Shown: positions 1 through 11,563 of the stretch, in pieces
Layout of the letters: every line of letters starts with the position of its first letter
Position numbering within the stretch: position 1 is the first letter of the stretch
NCBI RefSeq assembly: GCF_009914755.1
Contig: NC_060926.1
DNA length: 64,000 bases
Direction: 5' to 3' (one strand)
Origin: the human T2T-CHM13v2.0 reference genome, Homo sapiens
Notes under the pieces: generated by a model
Told to the model about the DNA's origin: nothing
The model's input: the letters and a program-made list of their open reading frames with translations, nothing else
The model's database searches: none
Position numbers and translations under genes: made by a program

Positions 1-272
1 TGGCACACAATTTTTTTTTACATAAATTACATAAATTAAACAATATTATTACAAAAGTTTTATATTTTTAACCAAGTAAGTATAGCTTAATTTAGGGGAA
101 AGTGGTAAGATTAGGTTGACTTTATGCTGCCTTCAGCTGAATTTTTGTGGGTGTTAATCAATGTGAATTTTTATTTTGGTCAATACCTGTAAGAAGAGAC
201 CTTCTAAAGGCATATTCTCACTCAGAATTTTTGAGATGCCATTTTCAAATTTAAAAATTATACTTATTTGAA

Positions 273-275
<3 letters not shown>

Positions 276-304
<29 letters not shown>
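276..304. repeat. (TG)n microsatellite followed by a CA/TGCA-rich tail
   Basis: gtgtgt run read directly; explains ORFs 154..357 and 268..450. Confidence 0.95.
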
Positions 305-307
<3 letters not shown>

Positions 308-819
308 ACACGCACCCATGCACACACACGGGCCTGCCTGCACACGTGCACACTCATGTATGTTTAAATTCTCTCAATCCCCCCCAAAGAAGTTGGAAAC
401 ATTTGCGATATAATACAAATGCCAGATCCACATCTAAAAATATACGTTGAATTTAAAGATAATAAATAAAAGCTCCAAGAAGAATTCAAGCCAGATTTGT
501 TTAATTTTATGCCACATAAATATTGAAAATATAATAGCACTCTCTCCTTCCTAGTCGTGTGTAACATAATCTGGTCTAGTGTTTCAAATTCTTTCTCTAG
601 AAGCACTAATCAGTTACCTATGCTTTGAGCCAGGCATTATAAAAAGCAACCAAAGTGCTTTGCAGACTTTTCATTATTATCACATATCTCTCATTTTGCC
701 AAGAATATTGTAATCATTTGGATTAAATGTTTGATGATGCTGTCACTAGCAAATTTAACTCTAATGAGTTTAATAAAAACAAACAAAAATAAATAACTCC
801 TGCGGTAGGACCTGACCCA

Positions 820-1235
820 CATCTCAAACCGGGTTAACAGGACAAAGACTTCCCTCGGCTCTCAGCTCTGCTGCCTTGGGGCCAAACCTATTCTAGGCAT
901 CACTTGCTTGTAAGGCAGCTGTAGCAGTTCTAGTGTGCTGGTCCTCTCTGTGCACCTGTGGGACAACAGTTCATTTTGTAGGGAGCACAGATTCAATTCA
1001 GGTGCTGAATGCCCTTGGCCCTGATGGGCTTGATTTGCATCACATGTTTCTGTCTGAACCTTATGCTTGATTACAGAACCAAAATGGCTAATTAGCCGGT
1101 CTAGATCAAATGCTATGTCTTCACAACTTTATATTTATATTTATTGAACATAATAGAGAGGTAGTTTCCCCCAAGACACTGCAATGCAGGTATTTGAAGG
1201 GGAAATGGTTGATGCTGTAAGGCAAAAATAACAGC
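820..1235 (-). mobile_element. Old MaLR LTR remnant (MLT1K/L-like)
   Basis: Degenerate match to recalled MLT1K/L antisense motifs (tcacatg..ctgaacc, ctaattagccggtctagatcaaatg, gtttcccccaag..gatgctg); boundaries approximate. Confidence 0.4.
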
Positions 1236-1695
1236 CACTGATTACATTTCGCCCCTTTTTGCAGCTACTTCTTCGCATCCACATGTCTATAAGAATGTCC
1301 GTGCCCTCCTGAAACATACCACTTCCTAAATTCATCAGGATAATCCACCCGGCTCAAGGTCAAGGTTAAGGATCTCTCATCCACATGCAGTTCTTTCAGT
1401 CAGACCTGATCTAGCTCCTCATGGTTGGGTGGTCTACAGACAAGTGATAAGTTAAACCATTCCCCATGCGCCCAATATGCAAAAACAGAGACAATGAGAC
1501 TTGTTTTGGAGGCAGGGGAAGCAACTTCCCTTTGAAGATGCTCCCTGGTGAATGTCCCGTAACTGAAAGGACAGTGAGGTTTCTCTAGCTGGCTGTGAAG
1601 TTTCTTAATCAGTTATCCTGACTGCCCTGGTTTTATTCTTAGGAGAATCACCTTTGTCTGTGGTTCTCCAGGACCACGTGGGAGGTCACTTTGGG

Positions 1696-1959
1696 AGCCA
1701 CTTTGAAAGAAGTAAAAAGAAACAGGTGGAGTCAATTGTAATACATTTTTAATTTTACCTACTACATCCAAAATGTTATCATTTCATCATGTAAACAATA
1801 TAAAAGTTACCAATGAGCTATTCTACATTCTTATTTTTCTATTAAGTGTTTGAAATCTGGTGTGTGTTTTTCAATTACAGTATATCTCAATTTGGGCTAA
1901 CTCATTTCAAGTGCTCAATAGTGACACCTGGCTAGTGAGTACCCTATTGGGCAGTACAA
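1696..1959. mobile_element. MER33 (hAT-Charlie DNA transposon), partial
   Basis: aagtaaaaagaaacaggtg...ttgaaatctggtgtgtgtttt...catttcaagtgctcaatag..ggctagtg..tattgggcagtaca matches recalled MER33; homologous to the copy at 32365-32681. Confidence 0.75.
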
Positions 1960-2554
1960 ATATAGATAAAGAAGAGCTATAAAGAATTTTAAGAAAAAAC
2001 ATGTGGTAGGATTCAATTTTAGCTACATTTTCCTGGTGGCTGTGGGGAGCATGGATTTGAGCTTGGCACACATCTTACTGGATTATCGAAATGAATACAG
2101 TGATATAAGTTTGAAAATCCTTTAGCAGGTAGAGATGGGTGGCTAAAATCAGTTGATAATTTTTAACTACAACCTTTAAGAGTGGAGGGTCTCTTCCTTT
2201 GCAACATTTTCCTTTTTACTTGCTAAGATGTATTGCACCAAAAAATGTGACTTTTTTCTTAATTCCTTTGTTCTATGGCTAAGCCCGTAGTGGAAAGGAC
2301 CCCAAGAATGAATCCGTGCAATGAGGAATTGAACCATCTCAGTCTAGAGCCAGCCGGCAGAGTTTGGTGTGCAGAAGCATTGCAGTGTATGGACAAGGCC
2401 ACAGGCAGTAGGAGCTGCCTCCAAAGCAGATACTGAGAATGCTGCTCAGTGCTTACGGGGCAGTGGCTGGTTCAAGCCTCACCTCGCCACTTTGCCTCTA
2501 CTAGTGCTGAGGAATCCTTTTGCCTTGAAGACTTTTCCATTTCAAAATTTCTTG

Positions 2555-2760
2555 GAGCATTCTAGGTCTAACACTTAGTAACTGTGTGACATTAGACGGG
2601 TTAGTTATTCTCTCTTATACTTAGTTTCCAAATCTGTAATACGATATAGTAATGTTGGCTATATGCCAACCTTGCAGGGGTTGTTAGGAGTAATAAATTA
2701 GGCATATAAATTTCTGAGTATGTTGCCTGGCATATAGTAGGTGCTCACTATTATTATTAG
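2555..2760 (+). mobile_element. MIR SINE
   Basis: ctgtgtgac..ttagtttccaaatctgtaa..gttgttaggag..gcctggcatatagtaggtgctc MIR core and 3' end, followed by (TAG/TAT)n. Confidence 0.75.
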
Positions 2761-3168
2761 TAGTAGTATTAATAGTATTAGTAGTAGTAACAGAAAATAT
2801 AAGGAATTAGAAATGTGTGTAGAATTTTTTCAGAAGATAATCTCTGACTGAAAAATAATCTATATGCAATTCAAAGCTCAACATTTATTGGGAGAGGAGA
2901 AGAAATAGAGAAGTTCAAACATGTAAATGATAGTACATAAGGCAAAAAGAATAGTAGTGAATGTTGTTTTATAGTATCAAGTCATGCATGAAAATGTCAC
3001 CAAGTTAGTGACCTGGTTTTATAAAGAAATTAGAAGTCATACAAATGAAAATACAAAACATAACACGATACAGAAAATTACAAACCTAGTATTACTTCCC
3101 CTCCAACCAGATGACACCATCTTGCTTTCCCCATTCTCTGCCAGACTCCTCAGACACCCTCCCTTCCT

Positions 3169-3263
3169 TGTAAACATCTTTATGACGTCACCACCCCATA
3201 AAAGCCTGCATGTCACTTATTTACTGATGGTAAAATAGCCCGTCACAACACAGCGTGATGTCA
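3169..3263. promoter_or_regulatory. Candidate cis-regulatory motif cluster (CRE plus forkhead sites)
   Basis: TGTAAACA 3169-3176, perfect TGACGTCA 3183-3190, TATTTAC, CGTCA and TGATGTCA within 95 bp of non-repeat DNA. Confidence 0.3.
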
Positions 3264-4338
3264 TACGGATCAAAGAAACACACTCTGGCCCTTTCTTTAA
3301 ATAGGCATGATGTTTGTGAAAAAAACATACATATCTTTCTTGTACTTGCTACTGAGAAAGCTGTTGTGAATGTTGGCATGCTGGCAGATTTTAAGAAACA
3401 CCTTTCACACTCTTGCACAACATCTACTGAGGCAGACATGCATCCACGACACTGGCTGTTTGCTACAGGCACTGTGTGACTGCTTGTCAGGCTTCCAGTG
3501 AGGCGTCTGCATCCTGGCTCTAACTATAATTTTAAAAATTAAGTTAAGATGACCACTCTAAAAATATGGATGTTTTAAAACATGAAGTGATGGGAAGACT
3601 TACTTAAGCATTGTGTTGGGGCAGAAAGCCCCTGATGAGGGCTTCTGGTCTTCCTGCCAGGTGGGAACACATCAGCAGACTCTTAGAGAAATGCCCCCAG
3701 TCCTGTCTCCCTGAGTATAGTTATAAATATTAAATATTAAGGCGCTGTATGGTCAGGAATGGATGACTTGAGTAATAGAATTGTGCTCTCTGTCTTTCTC
3801 TCTCTCCTTGTCTCTCTCACTCCCTGTCCTCTTTTTTAACACTGCCTGCAATAACTTCTTCCTTCTTCCCCAATGAGATCTGAAGGTAACAGATGTAAAG
3901 TCTTACACATTCTCGTTACAATGTCTCAACGCGGCATGTCATCGCACTGCGGCATAAAAGCCAGCCACGCAGTGTGACACGTGGTGTCCCCACGGGTAGT
4001 ACTGTTTCCGTGGTTCCCTCTCTCTGAATGTAGGGGATCTGTGAATTAGGTGCACAGGCTGAAAGGGCTTCCAAAACAAATGGGAAGTTTCATCATTTTA
4101 GTGAAAATGGTTTGCTTTGAGTCCATCCTGCAGTCCCGTAGATACACATTGGTTGATTCTTTCCTTGGGATTTTTCTAAGCCAGTACTCTGGAGTTTGCA
4201 TGAACAGCAGGCAAGACAATACACAACATTAAACATCAGTGTTTCAAAGATAGGAATATTGAAAAACACTCTCATTTTTAAGGAGAATTTTCTGAGGTGC
4301 ATAATGACCTAAATTCTAGTATAAAAATACATAAGATC

Positions 4339-4753
<415 letters not shown>

Positions 4754-5614
4754 CTAATTAACCTATATCTGGATTCACAGTAGAAAGATCAGGTGCTTTG
4801 GAATGAGAAAAACGACATAAGACTTTTGGCAATTTACTTAAACTCTCTTGGTCTCTGCATCTGTAAAATGGAGTTATTATGTTCAATCTTCCAAGACTGT
4901 GGAAATGAGTGATGGATAAGAAGATAGATCTAGGCTTCCTAAGGTGCGGTGTAGTACACACAGCTTTAATAGAGCTGATGATTGGCGTGGCATACAGATG
5001 AACTTTCTCAATTTTACACATGTAGCTAGTGGTGCATGCATTTCTACACCTCACGTTCATGACAAGTGGTACTGGGTTCCCCATTTTGTTTCAGTGTGAT
5101 AAGATTACTTTTTGCATTTGCTCATGTAAATGAGAAAAAGTGAGTCTATCACATGACAGTACGGAGGTGCACAGATAAAGCAAACACCCATGTGTGGCCA
5201 TGTGTATTGCACTGAAATTTGATAAATATGGATACTTGTGATACACATAACTCAGGCCCTAATGCCAGGCATATGGCAACTGGCTTTATCATTATTATAA
5301 TTGTTACTGAGGAAATACTCACAGTCTGCCTTTAATGGTTGACATGCTGCAAGGTTCATCCCTCTCACAACTGCCATGTGAGGACAGGGCTGAGAGCCAC
5401 GCTGCTGTCTGCCCCAGTCCAGGGGTCCCATGAGTAGCCAGCAGCCTCCTGCTCTCAAATCCTTTCTGTCCTAGGTCACAATTTCTCCCTGAGATCAGAG
5501 AAGACACACAGTTTGAAAGAGAATTTACTGTGCCAATGAAGCAGAGTATTTGTCATACTGTGGAGGAAGGAAGGAGGTTAGGAAGAGTATGCCACAATGT
5601 TAAACCTTGAGCTG

Positions 5615-5822
5615 TTGACAGACTGGGCTTCAAAATCCTAGTTTGGATTGTTTCTTTCATTTTGTACCTGTGAGGCGAGATTTTACATCCCTAAGCCTCA
5701 ATTTTCTTTTCTGCAGTCTCAGGCTGAAGGCACTCATCTTATGCGGTTATTACAAGAATTAAATGAAAAGGTGCACGTAGGGTGCTTAAAATGTGGTAGA
5801 GTCAGCTCAATACATGATGATT
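5615..5822 (+). mobile_element. MIR SINE
   Basis: gacagactgggcttcaaaatcc..ctaagcctcaatttt..ttattacaagaattaaatga..ctcaatacatg. Confidence 0.7.
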
Positions 5823-5962
5823 AAAATCAGGCTGTTTAACATCTTAATGGGTAACTCTCATTGACAATTCAAATATATGAACCAAACTGTAAATCACAGC
5901 TCCAAAAAGGAGTGACTGTCTGAGTGTAGACTTGGCCTCTGGTGGCACATGGCTTAGCTTGA

Positions 5963-6100
5963 TTGCACGTGCATGCATGATATGCACATACTATGTGAGT
6001 GCACAACACATGGACATAATAGCTGTATACAGTGCACATACCAAGTATGTAGACTTCATGTGTATGCATGATATGCATAGGCAGTCAATGCATGCACACC
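5963..6100. repeat. TGCA/CATG-rich alternating purine-pyrimidine low-complexity tract
   Basis: ttgcacgtgcatgcatgatatgcacatac...tgtatgcatgatatgcatag..atgcatgcacac. Confidence 0.7.
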
Positions 6101-6439
6101 CGCCTGATGTCTTTCAAGACCTGGTAAATCACCTTGCTGAAGAAGCCCTCATATTGCACATCAGGACCCAAGATGTGGAAAAGCCAAGTGATTTCCCAGG
6201 GTGCTATTACTAGCTGACGTTTGACTATAGTCTAATTTCATCTAAATACTTCCACTGTTCTGGCCTCAAGCTTGCAGAATATTATAGTCTGCAAGTTAAA
6301 AAAATGTTAGTTACAGATTTATTAAACTCATGAAGTCCATTTTTTTGCAGCTGTTCATCCATAAATACTTTTTTTTTAAGCTTAGAGTGCCAGAGAAAAA
6401 GAGTTCAGAGACCACACTGGAGAGCTGGACAGCCTCAGA

Positions 6440-6760
6440 TCAAAGATGACTTTGTAAGCTATATGAAGGGATTTGGCTTCATCTCGAGGACTGGAGAAGC
6501 CTCTGAAAGGTTTTATATAAGGGGTAATGTAATGAACTTTGTGTTTTGAGAGGGCCCACCTGGTTGGAGAGAGAAGGCTTGATTAGAATGGAGCAAGACT
6601 GAGGCAGAGGGCTAGTTAGGAGCTGCTTTCTATATTCCAGATGACCGGTGATGGTGAATTAGGGAAGTGCCGTAGAGAAGGAGAGAACCAGACAGATCAG
6701 AAATACCTTTGCAAACAGAATCAACAGGGCCTGGTGGTTAAGTCAATGTGGGATTAGAGA
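6440..6760 (-). mobile_element. L2 LINE fragment
   Basis: Typical antisense L2 purine-rich text (gaagcctctgaaaggtttta, ggagcaagactgaggcagagggctagttaggagctg, agaatcaacagggcctgg). Confidence 0.7.
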
Positions 6761-8120
6761 TGGCGGGAGGATGCCTCTACCAGGTTTAAGCATCCCGACA
6801 GCACTGATGTACCGAATCCTCTCAAAAATCCACCAAGGTGGGCAACATGGCCCCCATTTTTAGTGGGTGGTTAGGATTCCATTTAGGTGTAGAAGAGCCA
6901 TTCTGTGGCTCCAGCTTAAATAAATCTAGATGTAGAAACACTTTATACTTGTTCCATTTCATTCAGTTTAATTCATGTCAACATTAATGCACAACAGAGA
7001 GAGAAATCCTGAGATGAGAAGACATCACTTATTTTTCACGGAGTTAATGATCTGATACAGACAACGTCACACTTGCGACTCTCAGAAGCTTAATGTCTTA
7101 GAGCAGCCATAAACAGTTTCTCCAAACATTCTTCAACTGTCTGTAAAAGCAATTTCAGATCTACATGTGACAATATGCTTCTAGAAACTGGTATGAAATC
7201 ATGATAATAATAAGAAAATTTAAGAAAATTCCTCAAAATATAAAGCTAGAGTCTAAATTTTCTCTATTCTTTTTATTCACAAATACACATGCAAAATACA
7301 TATGAAGTTTTTACCTCTGCATTTTCAAAAATAACCCACCATGCTGTGTACGTTAAGAAACTGCAACATAGATATCTCTGTGAGTTCCAAGTCCTAAAAC
7401 AATTACTTCTTCATTTCCTTTAGGTGACCTAAATTAATTAACTAGCACTTAAAATGTAAGTGGAGCTATCAACAAGCCAATAACTAAACAAATGATCAAG
7501 TGAATGCCAAGTAAGCTTAACTGACAGAAAAAAAAAAGCCCTTATAAGTAGAAACAACTTTAGCAATTTTTATGTACTTTGTATTATGAAATAAATTCAT
7601 ATTTACTCACCAAGACCCACCATTTTCCTTAATAAACCCCAATATGAGGAGCTGGGGTAGATGTGTATTTGCAGGTTTTACCAATCTCATTTTGTTATAT
7701 TGTACTTTTGAGCCTAAATAGGTCTTGCTTGTACTCCAAACCCACTTACATGGTACCAAAGTCAACTTAATGGTTCATTGTATTGTACTGACACTCCAGT
7801 GTCATTGCTAAGCACCTGTTTTAATTCAAAAGAAGAAGGGATCCTGTATTACACTCACCGTTCTGAAGAGTGGAATGACATTCAGCAACTATTGAAATAA
7901 ATCAAAATATCATTTTCACTGTACTTCAACAATACAATGCATTACTGATCTTCTGTCGGTGTTATATACATAATAGCGCATCCTTATAGTTAGCCACAGA
8001 GCGATCGCTCTTCAGAGTCACACTTCACACTGCCATGCACTTTTAGCCTCAAACATAAATACCTTACTTTAAATATGATATCATTCAAGTACTTCATTTG
8101 AATGTAGAGAAATTGGATAA

Positions 8121-8499
<379 letters not shown>

Positions 8500-9389
8500 T
8501 ACTTTATCCTTTTTATGTTGACTTTGTCAACAAATGCGCTCCTGCCATTAGGCCCCAGGCTATACAACCTAGGCAAACCTACCCATCCTGTTTGGAAATA
8601 TCTCAGTTCCCTGATATTGTTGGCGTGGTTTTGTTTCAGTAATGATGAAAGTCCCTTAACCCTCAGCTAGTTCTGCCAGGAGGAAGATAGTTGTAATCAC
8701 AACCAAACATGAAAAACCCCATGGTAGAATTCCTTAGCAGGCTTCATTACCTTCTGTCTTATTTTGACTTAAAACTTAAGGAGATGCACTTTTTCAGCTT
8801 GCAATACTTTTGCCCTGGCCTTTTCAGGCTTATGGTTGGCATTGGAAAATCAGGCGTCTTTTGTCAGAGAGACCGAATTCTTACAGGAATTCTTAGAGTC
8901 TGTGTTAGGTTACATGCTTATTTACTATGCTCACTTTTCATCATCATATTTTCTTTCTGCCTTTTTTGTTTGGTTCAAAGTAAAATTATCATGACTTACT
9001 CACTATTCGATACCCTTAAAGTCTATATTAAGAACAAGAAGATAACGTCTGGAAATCATCTGAACACCTCTAAAGAAAATTACTGTCTGAATTGTCCTTA
9101 ATACTATTTTCAGGAGTACTTCCTGGAATGAAAAGTGATCTTTCTGAACATAATCTTTATGGATTTTCATAACAATCCTTTAATAAAAGAGATTTTTTTC
9201 TTGCATCCAATCAATATCTGCACATACTAGCAAATCCAAATACAGTTTATACTGCTTTTCTCCCTAACTTCAGTGTCATAATTGTTAACTTATATCAACA
9301 TTTAAAGTCCAGAAAATAACAGAGATCTTATTATGCTTAATGACTCAGAAGTCAAGACAACTCTAAAGGACCAATAAAATCTGTTTGGA

Positions 9390-9535
9390 TGATATAGGCA
9401 GGTAGGGAGACAGAGAGACTAGAGGGATGGATAATTAGATAGGTAGACTGATGGATTGATTGATTGATGGGGATAGAGTAGGGATGGTGGTATACATGTG
9501 GATGAGGGTGAGCAGTACAATAGAGATATAGAGAC
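9390..9535. repeat. Degenerate GATA/GGAT purine-rich low-complexity tract
   Basis: gatggataattagataggtagactgatggattgattgattgatgg. Confidence 0.6.
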
Positions 9536-9649
9536 AGTGTACGTAAGTTAACTGAAACACAGAAGAGAGCCTATTGAAGCCTTCATAAGACATTAATACC
9601 TAGACAGAAATAGGTCTCGAGTTTTTAAAATTATTACAAGATAATAAAA

Positions 9650-9890
9650 ATAGATGGAAAAACTAAATTCTAGTGTGTAGGGAAGCACAATTGGGTGATA
9701 AAACTGTAAAGAAAAGTAAGGAGGTGATGTCCATAAAAGTCGGGAAAGGGCCTTAGTCGTGCGGGCCCTGAGGGGGCGGCCTCTGACCTCAGTGGGTGTT
9801 ATGAGGGCCTTGGCATTCATTATGTTGTACTTACACTTTTGTGCATTTCTGTGTTTGTGTTATATTTAACATAAAATAATTTTTTTCAAA
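9650..9890 (+). mobile_element. Old L1 (L1MD/L1ME-like) 3' end fragment
   Basis: gggtgataaaactgtaaagaaaagtaaggaggtgat..cataaaagtcggga and gtgcatttctgtgtttgtgttatattt resemble L1M 3' UTR. Confidence 0.5.
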
Positions 9891-10165
9891 AACGTGTTAC
9901 AAGAAGAATCCCACACTGGCACGGAGACCCTCCAGTGAGCGCGGGGCATGGTCTTGCCACTTGCACTGAGCCCTGGCTCGCCTGGAGCTAGCGGAACCCA
10001 CTCAAGCAGAGACAGAGGCCTGCTCCGCTCGCGTGAGAACTCACGGCACCCACCGCAAGAGAGAAACTCAAGGGGGGACAATGACCGCAGGACCAAGGCG
10101 CAGGAAGGGCATCTGAACGACCTCGGGGCTGTAAAGACCATTATCGTTAGGCAACCAGGCAATGG

Positions 10166-10261
10166 AAAACATCACCCATAGGGCCCTAGGAGACCATAGC
10201 TAATCAGATGCCTAAAGCATCACCCATAGGGCTCTAGGAGATCATAGCTAATCAGATGCCT
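10166..10261. repeat. 48-bp tandem duplication (2 copies, 3 mismatches)
   Basis: aaaacatcacccatagggccctaggagaccatagctaatcagatgcct followed by aaagcatcacccatagggctctaggagatcatagctaatcagatgcct. Confidence 0.95.
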
Positions 10262-10510
10262 TTGCTGGTTGCTCATTGTGCACAAACCGAATTACTACAT
10301 GGTGTAAAGTTGGTAGAATCAGGGACGCTCCTGAAGGAGGTGATAATATTTTGAAGAAAAATGTTCAGCCAGGAGAGCAATATATGGAATCATGAGCCTC
10401 TATTAACCAAGACAGAATAACATAGGTCAAAGTTTTAAGAAACGTAAATATTGAAGGACGCAGTAAAAAAAGATTGGCATGGAATGCACTTCATTTCTGG
10501 CTGTGAGAAT

Positions 10511-10846
10511 TGTGTGTGTGTGTATGTGTGTGTGTGTTTGTGTGTGCATGTGTGTGTATGTGTGTGCGTGTATGTGTACATGTGTGTATGTGTGCGTGTG
10601 TGTGCGTGTGTGTGTATGCATGTATGTGTATGTGTGTATGTGTGTAGTCTCTGTGTTTGTGGTGTGTGGGTATAGTCTCTGTGTGTGTGGCTTTTGTGTG
10701 TAGTCCGTGTGTCTGTGTGTCTGTGTGGTGTGTGTGTGTGTGTAGTCTCTGTGTGTGTGGTGTGTGTGTGTGTAGCCTCTGTAGTCTCTGTGTGTGTGTG
10801 TGGTGTGTGTGTGTAATCTCTGTGTGTGTGTGGGGTGTATGTGTAT
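10511..10846. repeat. Long interrupted (TG)n tract with a recurring tgtagtctctgtg subunit
   Basis: Read directly; source of the His/Thr- and Cys/Val-rich ORFs at 10427-10972. Confidence 0.95.
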
Positions 10847-11302
10847 GGAAAGAGGCAGCAGGAAGGAAGGATGGGGACGAGAATCTGGAATGGGCTCTGG
10901 AGGGTCTGCGTTTCCTTGACAGAGGAATGTGATGAAGGGCATTTGAGGACAAATATTTAGGACCATGAGCACAGGACAGCAGAGAGGGAAGCAGCTACAG
11001 AATCCAGGACGGCAACTGGAAGCCTATTCCCAGGGAATGTTCCAGTGTGAAAGAGGGGGCCTGACCATGGCTGTAAAAAATTACTAAGGAAATGGTGAGA
11101 AATAACTGGAATCAAAGACATTTTTAAGAAAATAGTTAAATTACTTTGTTACACTGACTGATACTAATGAATGGGGATGATGGGGTTACATTTTATAAAG
11201 AATGTCCAAGGAAATGAAAGGGCCTCCTTTGAAATCACTTCCTGCAAAGCAAAGTACTTGAAGAGCACAGCATTTTGGTACCTGCTAACAATTGACTCTT
11301 TA

Positions 11303-11563
<261 letters not shown>

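Noticed and set aside
3626-3644. aagccc-CTGATGA-gggctt hairpin resembling a hammerhead ribozyme core or snoRNA C box
   Set aside because: No correctly placed stem II/GAAA/stem III/UH topology and no matching D-box terminal stem
5930-5950. CTCF-like ggcctctggtggcac
   Set aside because: Mismatches at core positions in either orientation; not supportable without a PWM score
10427-10972. Longest ORFs (181 and 153 aa, His/Thr-rich)
   Set aside because: Translations of the (TG)n/(CA)n tract, which lacks stop codons
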